Assembly (NCBI GenBank): GCA_002269645.1
Contig: NIVC01000877.1
Location: forward strand, 104,803 to 168,802
Source of the DNA: Macrostomum lignano
Lineage: Eukaryota
Length of the DNA: 64,000 bases
Reading direction: 5' to 3'
The position numbers were made by a program, and so were the translations under genes. Shown piece by piece: positions 41,811 to 55,290 of this stretch. The notes under the pieces are model-generated. The model had not been told where the DNA came from. It did not search any database and saw nothing but the letters and a program-made list of their open reading frames with translations. Every line of letters starts with the position of its first letter. Position 1 is the first letter of the stretch.

Positions 41811-44789
41811 CTCTAAGTCACATCTGAAGACAGCAGGCAGAAGACAGAGCAAAAAAAGCAGCAGACAACTATTGAAGCCGGAATAGATCAACAGATAGCA
41901 CCAGGAAGCAGATAGCATCAGGCTCTGTATCAGACAACACCTTTTTACTGCTCATCATTACTCAATTTTCATTGCTCATTGCTCACTTTTCCTTGCTGAT
42001 TGCTGCTGCTATCCAGCTGCTCTATACAACGTACATATGCCTTGGTGCGATTGGGTGATTCCACGTTGTCTAATAAATTTTAAAACACTTTCTTTACTTA
42101 ATTTTTGGTTTCTTCCCCAAGACAGTAAATTCCCGGGGTCCCCGATAAGACAATTCCCCGGGGAATCAACATCCCTACTCTCATCTCTACCTCTTTTTCT
42201 ACCCCTCCTTTCTGCTTCTTCGCTCTGCCTCTTCTCTACTCTCATCTCTACTTTTATTTCTCACTCTGCCTTGCCCCCCGCCTTAGTCTTGAACCGGACT
42301 TCAAAGACGTCAGCTCTTAGTTCTTCCGCTGCAACTGCCATTTCCCTGTGCAGCCACAGTGTGCTGCTGCGCTGTCCGCTTTCTCATTTGCTCCTTGCGA
42401 CATTTCCTAAAAAACTAAAAAAGCCTTCAGTCATAGGCTTTAGTCTGAAACTGGGACAGGAAAAAGGTTGAAATTTAACTGTTGTTGGATTTACGAGCAA
42501 GTATCAACCGATTGGGAAAATGAGGAAATTTTTCCACTCATTAGTTTGCCAGTGCATTAAAACCAATGCAGCCAAGAATATCCAAATTTTAATTTTTAAC
42601 CAAAATTTGCAACACCCTACTGATTGCAGACTTCAGTAGGAAAGTTAGGACTTGGTTTTTCAAATATGTCAATGAAGCCACACTCGATCAAAAGTAACAT
42701 ATATAAATATATTGAATAATATTTTATGGAGCTGATTCAAGCTGCTGTCACGTGTCCCAAGTACATGTATGCGTTTTAAGCGCCAGATTTATCAACCTTA
42801 ATTTTACAAACACCAATGGAAAAAAGCATTAACATTGAAGACTGGGACCTGTTGAAAATTGGATGGGAATCATGAAACTTAGGGTTTGTGGCTTACACCT
42901 CCCGGCCAGTTTGTGTCTGTCGCAGTTCACTCAGCTCATTTCCTTCTGTATGCAATCACTTCCATAAGTGACCGCTTTTCACTCCCAACCAGAAATTACT
43001 GCTTTTAAGTTCTCTAGAAACCTATTAGCACCTGTTCAAATTATCTACATATTCCATATGCTAGATCAACTCAGAACTGCAGTTCGTTGATTCGTGTGAA
43101 ACATCCGCATCTGCTAATCTCTGACCTGGATTATTGAAGGGAGGAAAATTAACAGGTAAAATCGTGCAAGGATTTGTCTCGAGATCGGATAGCCTGACAT
43201 ACATATGTAGTTCATTGGCTCCTTGAAGGAAAATTCGATTTCGAACTAAGCTTAATCATGTCCACAGTCCATCAAGATTAGCCGAGACGGCCCGAGCCTC
43301 TCTGCCAAAGGGTATTAATTTTGACAGGAGAAATTTCATCTCAACATGGCTACCAGCTGAAAAATGAGAGAACCAATAACTGCAGGTTGGAGCAGTTGAT
43401 TACAATTACTGAGAGATGCCTGGCCCAACTGGTCAAGTCGAACAGGTAAACTAATCGACTTGGCTGCAGCGAAGTCCCTGGAGGGACACAGCGGGAACGT
43501 GCGGACGCCCATTCCGCTACTCCCTGAACGGCTGACGCGTCGCTATGAACGTAGGGTTGGCGAATGAACCGGAGGTAGCGCATGAGCTGATTGGAAATTT
43601 GAGCTGAAGGTTTACACGCTTCAGTAACTGATGTGTGTGGCCCGAGGAAAAGTGCAGAGTCTGGCTTCGCATGAAGTTGGCACAGATTCTGATATAGTGC
43701 TCGCGGTTTCTTCATCTGAGTTACAAAAACTGCAGTTGGCCTTGGCGGTGTTCTAGTGGAGCTGTGGGAGCGGTCCGGATGTCTTTTCGCGAGAGGCACA
43801 ATCAGACGAGCTTCCGGAGCTGATGAGAGGGCTGTGGGACAGCGCCTCTGGATTGCCTGCAGGTAAGTTCAGCTCGCCCGAGTTGAGCGGTGCTGCAGCT
43901 GGGTCCTGATAAATGCTTTGATGACGCAGTCGGGAATCGAGACAATGGGTTCGGGCCTGATAGAGGAGCCGGGAGGCGCGCCAGCTTTAGCAAGGGCGCC
44001 TTTGGATCCCCGCATGTCCCAGTATCCATTAGGGGTGATTTTGTTGCTAGAACCAAACATGTTAAGGAGCTTGATGCAGTTACGCCTGCAGTGGAACGAA
44101 ACTTTGCCAGTGCAAGAGCTGATGGCAGGAACTTCATTTTGGAAAACGCTGGAGTGGACTCCGGTATACAGTGCTCAAGTTGATCTTCATGCACTTTTGC
44201 CGTTTCTGTCGGATTTGGCATGAAATGCTGTTTGTGGGTGACAAACTGACCGCTAGCCAGCAGACTTTTGCACCTGGAAAATTGCCAAGTGTGAGCACAC
44301 AAACTGTCAACTCCCGAAGCCCATGCAGGAAGAATTGAAAACGGCACAGAGTCTGCAATATTGTATACACACGTAATAACAATATGGCATTATATAATAA
44401 CGATTTTTTTGTTGCATTCCAGCAATCAGTAGTTAGAAGAAACCGAGGTGAAACAAAAAAGGAAACGAAGTCGATTTGTCTGAATTAGGGGTACATTGGG
44501 AGTACTAGCACAGTCGTCTGGCTGGCTTGGTGCCGCTAATAGAGTACACAGTTTCGGTAGCGCAGCAGAGGCAGCAAAGAATCTCGAGATATAATAGATC
44601 AAATAACGATAAGAGCACAAATAGCGATAAACTGTTTATTGTTGTTTACTAAAAGCCTAGAAAATAGGATTTTAACGACAGATAAGTGTTAGATGAGTAA
44701 CGAGTTCATTTTAACGACAATTCGTTGTACAAACGTTTGCCACGACACCCAGATGCGCCTTCGAACTTCCTTGACAAACCCGAGCGCGC

Positions 44790-46643
44790 TTAGCTCTTGT
44801 AGGCGTTGTCGTTCTTCAGCGCGTTGGCCAGACAGCAGGCGAGCAAAATGCCGACCAGCTGCGGGATGCGGCAGAGTGAGGTGGGTGCGGCGGAGTGAGG
44901 TGGGTGCGGCAGAGTGAGGCGGGTGCGGTGGAGTGAGGTGGGTTGTGTGTAATAACAAATAACAAAACGCATAAGTGATGAGTCACGCGATATTTAAATT
45001 TTAGACTAGAAGAAATTGTAGCACATTTAAAAGAATCCTGATTAGACTCGCGTTAACACCGCAGATGACCTTGAGTGTAAGAAACTTACCTCGATTAGCC
45101 CGATAGCGACGCAGACGCCAATCAGAGGCAGCGAGTACTTGTTGATGTAGTCCAGCAGGCCCTGGTAGCAAGTCTATTGGAGCGAAGGGGTTGGATATCA
45201 TGATACAACGGCTATGAATTAACAGAATTTAAGAAATTTGCAATGCAACAGGTCCTTGGAAAATGCCAACCTTTTGGTTCAGGGCGGGGCTGTTGGCGGT
45301 GAACGGGCAGTTTGAGTCCTGCAGGTAGCTATCGAAATTGGTCCAGTTGAAGGCGGGCGACTTGATCTCGGTCTTCAGGCTGGAGGACTTCAGCTGGCAG
45401 CAGGTCATGGGGTTGACGAGCGTCCTGCCTTTGAACTTGAGATCGGAGCCGAGCCAGCTGCTGCTGTTCTTGATGTCGTTGACCTGCTGAGCGCCGCAGC
45501 AGTCGAAGCTGATCTGCGCCAGGTTCAGCAGGTAGGTAACGGCAGCCTTGGCGGCATCATTTCCGGTAGTCTTGGCTTTCGTAGCCTCGTACGTAGGAAT
45601 TGAGACGAAATAGTTGTTCTGCAGGTCGAACAGCGCCTTCTCGGCCGTGCCGCGGATCCGGTTTTGGAACACGGCGGCCAGGATGGCGGTGACGATCTCG
45701 ATGGTCAGCACGATGCCGATCAGGGCGGCGTACTGCGGCACGGGCGGAGGGGAGGCGGGGCGGGTAATTCATAATAATTTCATCGTTGTTTTGGATTGTT
45801 AAGAAACGTCGAGACGCCATTGGCTGCTGTCTCCATAGTATACATGGTACGGTTTCTAAAAATAGAATACTTGGGCATGACGTGTCAAAGCTGTGATTGG
45901 TTGTACATTGTATTGGTATTTTATGTTTAGACTACAAAATCTCGGCTGCTCGTATACAAAAATATGCAATCAGGAAAGGGCATTCATTTACTGCGAATGA
46001 ATAATAATAGTACTAATATTTGATTACACCTGTGGTTAGGTGTGCAACGGACAGCTCAGCCGCAGCTATTGCGCGGCGCATCTTAAGACTGCGTACGGCT
46101 ATTCAGTTCAAGGACTGGGAGGTCGCCACACACACCCTCAATTGCCCCAGTTAATGTTGGCACCCATTTTACAGCTGGGTGAAACTGGAACAATGCTCAA
46201 GGACGCAAATTGTTCTTAGTGGTGTCGAGACTCGAACCCCGACGCTCTTAACCACTACCAGGCTACAAGCCCTGGAGATCAAACCGATTTTGACCTGCAA
46301 GCGCAACACAGACCAGTCAGTCACTCACCGTGTACAATAGACAGGTGGACTCTTTGATGGCGCCGCAGCAGCCGCAGAATCCCACCAGCAGGGTGAAGAC
46401 GCCGACCCCGATTAGCACGTAGGCGGCGATCACGATCAGGCCGCTCTGGTTGGCCACGGTGTCGATCTGCTCCTTGCCGTCGCCGGCGGAGATCTGCCCG
46501 TCCAGCAGGTTGATGAAGCGGAACAGCTCGTCCTTGCTGGCGGTCACCCAGATGCCGACGGCCAAGCTGGCCACGCCGAACAGGAAGAAGGCCACATTGA
46601 AGATGAACAGGATCAGCTTGGCGAAGGAAGCGCTGCAGCCCAT
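44790..46643 (-). CDS. Tetraspanin, 309 aa; exons 46643-46329, 45732-45271, 45173-45090, 44858-44790
   Basis: Four hydrophobic helices, GFCGCCGA, EC2 CCG motif, further Cys (CC, C, CY), terminal ACCL. All GT-AG introns, all phase 0. Confidence 0.93.
45999..46272 (-). mobile_element. tRNA-derived SINE in tetraspanin intron 1
   Basis: Minus strand: A-box-like TAGCCTGGTAGTGGTT, B-box GGTTCGAGTCT, central CACCCAGCTGTAAAATGGGTGCC motif typical of core-domain SINEs, TATTATTATT tail. Confidence 0.65.
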
Positions 46644-48289
46644 TGTTGCTTTTTTTCTGCTGAGAAACTGAGAAGTTGCAAGAAAGTAAACAGGACAAAC
46701 CGGTGCTCAAGCTCAATTGAAGCTGATTATAGCAGAATCGCAGGTAATAACAATAATAATAACCAACTCACGGATAGAGAAAATTTGTTCGCACAGTCCG
46801 CTCTGTTGATTCCAAAACTTGGGTCCACTAAAGGGGGCGGTGGCTTGTCTCGCAATTAAATTAATACAAGAGCTGGGGTAGAATTGGTGGTGTTGGGGGG
46901 AGAGTGAGTCGGCGAGGCCGCAGGTAACAAACAGAGCGGCCCCGCGGGTTTGAGGGGGAGTTGGCTATCAGTGCGGAGGGTCGGGGGGTCGGCGTGGCGC
47001 TTATCTTTGAGGCGATAAGCGCGCACACAAAAGACCAACACGTGTGCGCACATTGGTAGGGGTCTGTGCGCCCGGGGGGGGGAGTGAGGGGGGTTGTTGT
47101 TGACTCCGTTTGTATCGCTGAGTATCGACAGAGCTTGGCCCTGAGTGCTTGGCTCTCTTTTGATTTCAACTCCAAGCTTTGCATTCACATGGCTATGCGT
47201 AAGGCCAGTCCGCCGTGTGCTGTGGTTGTTTGCCTGCCTGCGCTTGACTAGAAGTGAAGTGCTCACTTGCTCTGCTCACTCGATTGTTGCTGATTTAATG
47301 CAACAACTTCAACTCCAATAACAGAATCGTTTCGCCAAGTTGGCCCACCAGCAGCCCAGCGAATTATGCAGAAGATGAAGCAACGCGGACCAGAAGAAAA
47401 CTGATTTTAAATTTTCCCGATGTCGCCGCCCTAGACCCTGTGAACCCAGCGTCATTTGCAGTTGCTGTGAGCTGAAGTCAATCTCTTTGCCAGTGCTCTG
47501 AGATGGCGGTTTTCAGTGTTGCTGAGCATGATTTTCTTAATTTCGTGTTTTGTTCTGCATCGTGGGGCGCCATCGTGGGGCTTTTATAGCACCCGGGGCG
47601 CCAGAACCGGCATATAATTCCCTGCAGTCGATTAGGGAGGGGGTTGCAGGTGCAGCCCCCTTTACTCCCTGGCTGCGAGCAACAACTGGTTGAACTTTCG
47701 TCCGTCTCAGTTGAGGGTTGGCTCTTGTTGCTTTTGCTGAATATATGCTCAAGTCACATGAGTTGCCTCAGTGGGCTGAATCAAGTGCTTTCATTCGTGA
47801 ACATTATTTTATTTATAATATTAGTCATTATAGCTTTTTCAACTGACAATCTCTTGCATAAACCTTAACTACATGTAATTTCTCTACAACTCAGAACTTT
47901 GTGAGGCTTTTCGCAAGTGCGAGGTACTCGTACTCAGGAAATATGGTACCACCCTGAGCCTCCGCCGCCTTCACTGCCCTGTCTTTATCGCTTCGACTCT
48001 CCTCTCATGTGCCTATTGCTCATAACTGGTTTACCGTGCCAGCATTGGCTGCAGAGCTGCTTATCTGCCCGACAGACAGACCGGCAGATTGGGCTGGCAA
48101 ATTCTTTCCAGTTGTTGACGCTATTTTAGCGATTTCGCTGGCTGATTTAAATATTTATCGCTGCCTATTCTGCATGGCATCGCATTTTCTGTTTGATCTA
48201 GTCCCCGGGGCTCTGGAAATCTGCTTGAGATTGCTCAGCCAGGTTCAGATGGTTTCATGAGCGTCAGGCGCGGAATTCTCGGAGGACTT

Positions 48290-48600
48290 TCCTGGAGGAG
48301 AGAGTTCTTCATCCGGGTGGGACTTTGGATGGGGATTCTCCGGGTGGGAATCTCGGGTGGGACTTTGGATCGGGATTCTCCGGGTGGGAATCTCGGGTGG
48401 GACTTTGGATGGGGATTCTCCGGGTGGGAATTTCGGAGGGATTCTCCGGGTGGGACTCTCGGAGGATGGATTCTCCGGGTGGGACTCTTGAGGAGATTCT
48501 CCGGTGGGAATCTCGGGGGATGGATTCTCCGGGTGGGAATCTCGGAGGGATTCTTCAATGGGAATCTTGGGAATCTCGTGGGAGGGGATTTGCCGTCAGT
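48290..48600. repeat. Degenerate minisatellite (GGATTCTCCGGGTGGGAATCTC-type)
   Basis: Direct observation. Confidence 0.8.
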
Positions 48601-49744
48601 GTGAGACTCTCGAGGGAACTAGGGGTTCTCCGGATGGGAAATCTCCATGAAAGATAACTCTTCAGGAGGGGATCTTCAGGTAGCTTGTCCAAGAGGAAAT
48701 CTCGGAGAGACATTCGCATGGGCAACCTGAATGGTAAAAACCGGCTATCCGGCGTCCTGCAGAAACCCCATGACGAAAATATCAGACCAAGGACTACTGA
48801 CTGACGAAGTGTCAGACCAGAGACCAGACCAAAGCCGTGTTTGTGCGAGAAATTCTCAGATCGAATTGCCCAGCTGAAGCTCGTCACTTGCCACTAGTCA
48901 GGGGGGAGCGCTCGAGTATTGAGTTACCTCAGGCCTGCAGCAAGGCTTGTGAATAGCTAATGATTGTTTGGCTATCAGAATTTTTGGCAGCCAGAGACGA
49001 GCAGTCGTGCATGACTGACGGTGGGTCAACAATGACTCAGGGGTGTGAGCATGTGACATTATAGTACAGCTGGTAAACCTGCAGTTGCGCATGGCTAATT
49101 AATAGGTGATCTGTCATTTCCTGTCACTCTTGTTCTTCTAAAACCCTCACAGAACAGATACTAATAGATTCAAAGCACATTTTAAAATTATTTTTACGGC
49201 GCCAACAGTAATGAATAATATCGAATTTCCAAATATGACCAATTTATGGGCATAATGGGCGTTGTCCCTGCCTGGCGTCCACCTGCCTCTCTGACTCAGT
49301 GCGCAGGTCGATAAGGCCCCGCCTGCGCCCAGCGCAATTGGACACGACGCTCTTTCATTCGGTTCGAGAGCAAAGTTTGCCAATTGTAGCGAACCATTTG
49401 ACTCAGAGGTAAGCTCAGCAGCTTGACCTCAGCGAAGGATCGGTCCGAGGGTCTGCAGAAGTCGCGGCATGCAGCAACAAATAAAAGCGCTCGGTTTTTA
49501 TTGGCGTGGTTTTTAGATAAAAAAATCCAATGATACTGTACTGTCGCAAGCGCAGGCAAAATTCTGACTTATGTTTAGGTTCTTTCGATAGCAAAATAAA
49601 CTTGCGTCAGTACTCGCTTGGCAAAATATATGTTTCTCAAAATTGGTTTGCTATTCATTACTTACTTAGATGGAAATTCGAAAAAACTTCGTTTCCTCAC
49701 AGAATACAATGCAATTCCAACTAGCTAAATTGCATTCTCTCGGA

Positions 49745-49960
49745 CCCCCCCCCCTCCCCACAATGTACATTGCTACACACTCTCGTCCCCCACAATGTAC
49801 ATTATCGCACACTCTCGTCCCCGTCAATGTAAATTTCCGCACACTTTCGTCCCCTGACAATGTACAATGCCGCACACTCTCGGCCCGTCAATGTACATTG
49901 CCGCACACTCTCGTTCCCCCGTCAATGTACATTGCCGCACACTCTCGTCCACCACAATGA
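49745..49960. repeat. About 30-bp minisatellite (CAATGTACATTGCCGCACACTCTCGTCCCC-type)
   Basis: About 6-7 degenerate units. Confidence 0.8.
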
Positions 49961-51329
49961 AAATACCGCACACATGTTTTTTATCAATGTACCTCAATTT
50001 ACCGTCTCCAAAATTCAATTTTCAGCCATGATTTTGGTTTCATTAAAAGCTGAACAACTCAGTAAATTGCTTAATCGCAAACGCTTTTCGGATGTGTGAT
50101 CTTAAATGTGTGTAACCGCCGATACCGGGTGAAACCTTTGCACAGTGACCATTTTGCAAGCTCAAGTAATGAAACCTGCATTTCCTGTATTTGACTGCAG
50201 TTGCAGGCGGTTATAACCGTTCTCAACTCAACGGCCGAAAACGGCCATAGACAATTTGCAAACCTACGATCATGCATGTCTCGCTTAGATTTACATGTAC
50301 AATTTACATGGATCCCTTTTATTTTGATGAAGAGCCTGGTGAGAACGAATGACAACGTTGAAAGCGCGTGCAGCTTACATGAGGACATCCAACTGGAGGA
50401 AGATCACGGCGATCAATGGCATCAAAACTGTCGTAGGGATGGACGACAGGCTCGCAGCTGTCCCAAAGTTCATGGATACCCCAGCTGTTTGGCCGGACTG
50501 GGTACCGCCACAATCAGCGAATGGCGGTGCCTAGCCGATGAGCTGTTGAAAAGGATTGCTAGTTAGAACGAACGGGCGTTTCGATGAGTTGCCAAATACG
50601 CGTATTGTGACCAAGTCATAAGTGGAAGGATTACGACGTGAGGACGGCGGCGTGAGGACGGTGACAACGATTCTCTCCCGCCTTCGCTTTTAAAAAATCT
50701 CTCCATCCCTTGCTCGTGCTTCGCGTGCATGCCACACCGGGCCAATAATTACAGAAAAGTTATACAGTATCTCTTTTCAATGAAAGGACTGTTTGCCCTA
50801 GGAAGCGGCTAATTAGAGAAAACAGAAGAGGCGAGTGATACAGGGGAGAGAGAACATAAAACTACAAAGGAAGCTGGCGTCCTCAGATTCGCACTTACAA
50901 GCTTCTGTTCCCTTGAACAGAACTTTGAGGCTATCGCTAGTCAGTGTCCCGCGACGGAAGGCACCCGGCGAAGGCTCGCAGTAATGATGGAGGCGGGCAT
51001 CTCCGGTTCGGTGAGGTTCGCCGCCGACTTTTGAATCGAAGATTAGCGGCGATTTTTGAAACGAATGAAGCGAGCTACGCTTTGAGCTGCGGCTGCAGTG
51101 CTGGCAGGATTAGGCTGCGCAGATCGAACCTTTGAATTAAAATTAGCTCAGTCTTTCAATAAAATTTTATAATCCACGGGTTGGTAGCCAGCAGGAGCTC
51201 TGCGCCTTTTTATCGCGTGACACGTTCAATTTTAGTGTCTTTATTACAGACTCGTTTGAATGGACACCGATTAGGAAGCGCTGGGATCACCTTTGATGTC
51301 TTAGTCTTTGCCCATTTCCGCCCCTCACA

Positions 51330-51570
51330 GCCTCCGCCCCGTTTCGCTCCTCATAGCCTCCGCTCCTCACAGTCTCGCCCCTCACAGCCTCGCCCTCACA
51401 GCTTCGCCCCTCACAGCCTCGCCCTCACAGCCTCGCCCTCACAGCTTCGCCCCTCACAGCCTCGCCCTCACAGCCTCGCCCTCACAGCCTCGCCCCTCAC
51501 AGCCTCGCCCTCACAGCCTCGCCCCTCACAGCCTCGCCCCTCACAGCCTCGCCCCTCACAGCCTCGCCCC
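51330..51570. repeat. 15-16-bp repeat (CCTCACAGCCTCGCC)n
   Basis: Direct observation. Confidence 0.85.
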
Positions 51571-52289
51571 TTTCCACCCCTCACCTCTTGTTTCCGCTCC
51601 TTTCTGCACCTTTCCGCCCGCTTCTCCGCCCCTTTCCGCCTGGCCCCTCACCCTCCACAATCTACTTCAAAAGCCAAACTTTTCTGCCCCAGCTCTTGTG
51701 TCAACACCTCTTAAGTCCCTTGAGTCTTGTTGACAAGCAGGCAGCATACGACGGCCCGTAGAAAGGCAAGATTGTTTTCGGTTACTTTTGAGGTCACAGC
51801 TTGCGCTCAAAACAGATTTTGTCCTTGCTTGATGATGTAGATTTACTTAGCTAGCATGATGTTGCGCGCAACTAGCCTTTAAAAGATTTTCTAAGAAACG
51901 AAGTTTATGGTCCTACATGTTTGGTGAATGGCCCTCATGGACGTGGACTGCATCACATACAAACTGCTCAGCTAGCAACTACTGTTGATACATTGCCTCA
52001 ACCTTGGAGCAAGCTGACTGCTAGAGGCTCTTTGAAGCAGTCCGCACTGAATCGTTCTTCAATGGTGGGACAAAGTTATTTTTCGTTGATAAAAATGAGA
52101 AAGGATGAAGGCAGGTTTGCGCAGGCTGTGTTCGATAACTGACTGCGAGGAAAATTAAAAATATTCACCCTGTTCCCTGGCAATGCCTTTTTATTTGACA
52201 ATATATAAACTTCAAACTTATCGAACCAAGAGCCAAATATGAGCAAGGAACTGTTTCTCAGCTCATTTAGCTCTTAAAGATAATGCTGT

Positions 52290-52460
52290 CGCTTAAAATC
52301 TCACCTGAGGACAAGATTTGAATCTCACCTGAGGACAAGATTTGAATCTCACCTGAGGACAAGATTTGAATCTCACCTGAAGACAAGATCGCAATCTCAC
52401 CTGAGGACAAGATTTGAATCTCACCTGAGGACAAGATTCGAATCTCACCTGAGGACAAGA
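52290..52460. repeat. 24-bp minisatellite (AATCTCACCTGAGGACAAGATTTG)n
   Basis: About 7 units. Confidence 0.9.
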
Positions 52461-52517
52461 TCAAAGAGAACATTCTAACCTACATCTAGAATAGGGCAGC
52501 CATAGTTAAAAACTTTG

Positions 52518-53816
52518 TCAGTTTTCGTCCAGTTGCTGGTGGGAGCCGCCTGCACTGTCGCTCAGCTCCTGTGGACTGCGCTGGTAGGTCGTCGAACCAC
52601 CCGCTGTTGTGCCACCGGCGCCGCCGCCGCCGCCGCCGCCGCTGATGATGGCGCCAACGACTCCGGCAACGTTGGCGGCCGCGGCAGCCGCGGTGGTGCC
52701 ACCAGCCGAAGCGCCCCGCCTGCTGGCAGTCGTGGGGGAGGCGCAGAACTGGCGCAGGATGCCGGTGGTGCATGTGTAGATGAAGAAGTTGCACAGCGAG
52801 TCCAGCTCAACCAGGGTGTTCACCACCAGCTCGGTCAGCGGCGCCTTGTTCTTGATGAAGCCGCACACGTCCGTGGGGCTCTCGAGCACCAGGCAGGTGA
52901 GCGACAGGGCCACAATCAGCTGCATGCTGCGGCGCTCGCGCTTCGCCTGACGGTGGCACTTCTTCCGGCGACGCCGCCTGCGCTGCTGCAGCTCACGGAG
53001 CTGCTGCTGGTCCTCGCTGGTCTCCTGCGGCGCCTCGTCCTCCTCGGACGTGGCCGGGTCCGGACAGAGACCGGCCTGCTGCTGCTGCTGGTGCAGCTGC
53101 TGCATCTGCTGTATCTGCTGCATCTGCTGCGAGCACAGCCGCCTCCTCAGGTGGCCGGCCTTCCGGAGCACTGACACCGTGATGACGGTGGCCAGCAGGA
53201 TGGACAGGATCGGCACCATGCCCTGGTAGGTGTAGAACACCACCTCAATGGCGTGCACCTGCGCCTGAGTCCAGTGGGCCCGGCTCAGCCTGGCGTCCTG
53301 CGCCGTCACCATCAGCGCGCTGAGTGCAAGGCCGGCCAAGGCGGCCACCGTTTCCATGGCAACAATGTAGGCCGGCTTGAACAGGGTGCGGCCGGAGGAG
53401 CGGCTGGCCACAGGGCGGCAGACGGCCTCCAGACGGGACCAGGAGATCAAGCCCATGGTCCAGTTGCGCATGGTCAGGGAGAAGCGCAGCAGCGCCTGCA
53501 GCGCCAGCAGCGCGGGCGGCGAGCCTTCGCGGCGTGACGGCGCGGATCGGGCCAGCTGGTCGGCGTAGGCCGCGATGACGGACAGGTGGAAGAGGATCTC
53601 GAACACCGACATGGTCACCACCAGACGGCGGGGCACCGGGTGGACGGCCTTGTCCCGCACCAGGAAAAACAGCGCCGAGAAGGCGGACAAGAGGACATTC
53701 ACTGTGGACAGCGGGATGTACACGTAGGGCTCTGCCAGGTGGCCCAGTGGGCCCGGCCGCTGCCAGTCGGGACCGCCGCCTCCGGGGTCCTCAGCGCCGG
53801 TCCAGTTGGAGGTCAT
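52518..53816 (-). CDS. Intronless orphan rhodopsin-like GPCR (about 432 aa)
   Basis: Several hydrophobic segments. WSRLEAVCRP at the DRY position, LESP in TM6, DSLCNFFIY in TM7, long Gln-rich third intracellular loop. First ATG at 53816. Confidence 0.75.
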   Translation of the reverse strand: MTSNWTGAEDPGGGGPDWQRPGPLGHLAEPYVYIPLSTVNVLLSAFSALFFLVRDKAVHPVPRRLVVTMSVFEILFHLSVIAAYADQLARSAPSRREGSPPALLALQALLRFSLTMRNWTMGLISWSRLEAVCRPVASRSSGRTLFKPAYIVAMETVAALAGLALSALMVTAQDARLSRAHWTQAQVHAIEVVFYTYQGMVPILSILLATVITVSVLRKAGHLRRRLCSQQMQQIQQMQQLHQQQQQAGLCPDPATSEEDEAPQETSEDQQQLRELQQRRRRRRKKCHRQAKRERRSMQLIVALSLTCLVLESPTDVCGFIKNKAPLTELVVNTLVELDSLCNFFIYTCTTGILRQFCASPTTASRRGASAGGTTAAAAAANVAGVVGAIISGGGGGGGAGGTTAGGSTTYQRSPQELSDSAGGSHQQLDEN

Positions 53817-54009
53817 TGGAGAGCCTAGCAGTTGGTGGGACGACAAAGTAAGCGCACTTGTTGATTCTTTCAACTTATGGTAGCCTACTTATAGTAGCAG
53901 CAGTATTTTAGTTTGGCACGTCTTTTGAGGGGCGCCATTTTATGTAAGTGGCGCCATTTTATTTGATGAAGGTGGCTATTTCACTTGAGGAGGGTCATTT
54001 TATTTGAGG

Positions 54010-54380
54010 AAGTGGCGCCACTTCAATTGAGGCAGTGGCGCCATTTCTAACGAGGGAGTTGCGCCATTTTTATTGAGGCAGTGGCGCCATTTATATTGAG
54101 GCAGAGGCGCCATTTCTATTGAGGCAGTGGCGCCATTTATATTGAGGCAGTGGCGCCATTTCTATTGAGGCAGTGGCGCCATTTATATTGAGGCAGTGGC
54201 GCCATTTCTATTGAGAGAGTGGCGCCATTTCTTTTGAGAGAGTGGCGCCATTTCTATCGAGAGGCTGGCGCCATTTCTAGTCAGTGGCGCCATTTCTATT
54301 GAGAGTGGCGCCATTTCTATCGAGAGGGTGGCGCCATTTTCATTGAGGCAGTGGCGCCATTTCTATCGAGAGGGTGGCGC
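54010..54380. repeat. 23-bp minisatellite (GTGGCGCCATTT(C/A)TATTGAGGCA)n
   Basis: Direct observation. Confidence 0.88.
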
Positions 54381-54844
54381 GGCATCTTCAAATAAACTGA
54401 GCACTGCTATTCGCAGTGCCTGAAGTTTTGCTTTCGAAATTGAAGCGAGACAAAATATCGGGTTAATCAACCAGTCTTACCTGGCGACAGCTGCGTCCTA
54501 CCCGCGCGATCCTGGAGGCCACAGGAGAGGGCAGCTCTACTGGATGATATCGTCTCCAACTTCATCTCTTCCTCATCATCTCAGGCATAAATCTCAGGCT
54601 AGACAGGACCCGCTGATAGGGGGTGGGGGACACAGGAAGTCCACACTCGCTGGCCTCTGAAGCAGACCAGCTGGGCCAATCAGGGCCCCAGCGATTGCCC
54701 CTCTCTTTTCCCGTTTCCACCGCCCAGACAGCGCGGCACTGCTGGCCTGTCACTTTGAATATCGGCTTTGCTCACGGGGACTCGGACAGCTGACAGCGGG
54801 CGAGGGTGCTGCCGCTTCAGCAGATACCGGATGCGCTGGGGACA

Positions 54845-55290
54845 GGTAGACAGACAGACACACGCACAGGCAGACAGATCCAGACAGGCAGACAGACAGA
54901 CAGACAGACAGACAGAAGGCAGTCAGACAGACAGACAGGCAGAAGGCAGTCAGACAGACAGACAGGCAGAAGGCAGTCAGACAGACAGAAAGGCAGAAGG
55001 CAGTCAGACAGACAGGCAGAAGTCAGTCAGACAGACAGAAAAGCAGAAGGCAGTCAGACAGACAGACAGAAGGCAGTCAGACAGACAGGCAGAAGGCAGT
55101 CAGACAAACAGACAGACAGAAGGCAGTCAGACAGACAGGCAGAAGGCAGTCAGACAGACAGACAGGCAGAAGGCAGTCAGACAAACAGACAGGCAGAAGG
55201 CAGTCAGACAGACAGGCAGAAGGCAGTCAGACAGACAGACAGACAGAAGGCAATCAGACAGACAGGCAGAAGGCAGTCAGACAGAGGCAG
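54845..55290. repeat. (AGAC)n / GGCAGAAGGCAGTC compound repeat
   Basis: Direct observation. Confidence 0.9.

Noticed and set aside
40100-41816. ORFs in the CT-rich array, and similar ORFs at 30142-30787, 48235-48657, 54768-55364, 58463-58833 and the poly-Thr start of 59762-60307
   Set aside because: All coincide with simple repeats. Only the Nck exon portion of 59762-60307 is credible.
36400-44400. Short ORFs at 36457-36642, 39107-39502 and 43350-44382 as host exons
   Set aside because: No recognisable domain and no consistent splice-phase chain could be built by eye.
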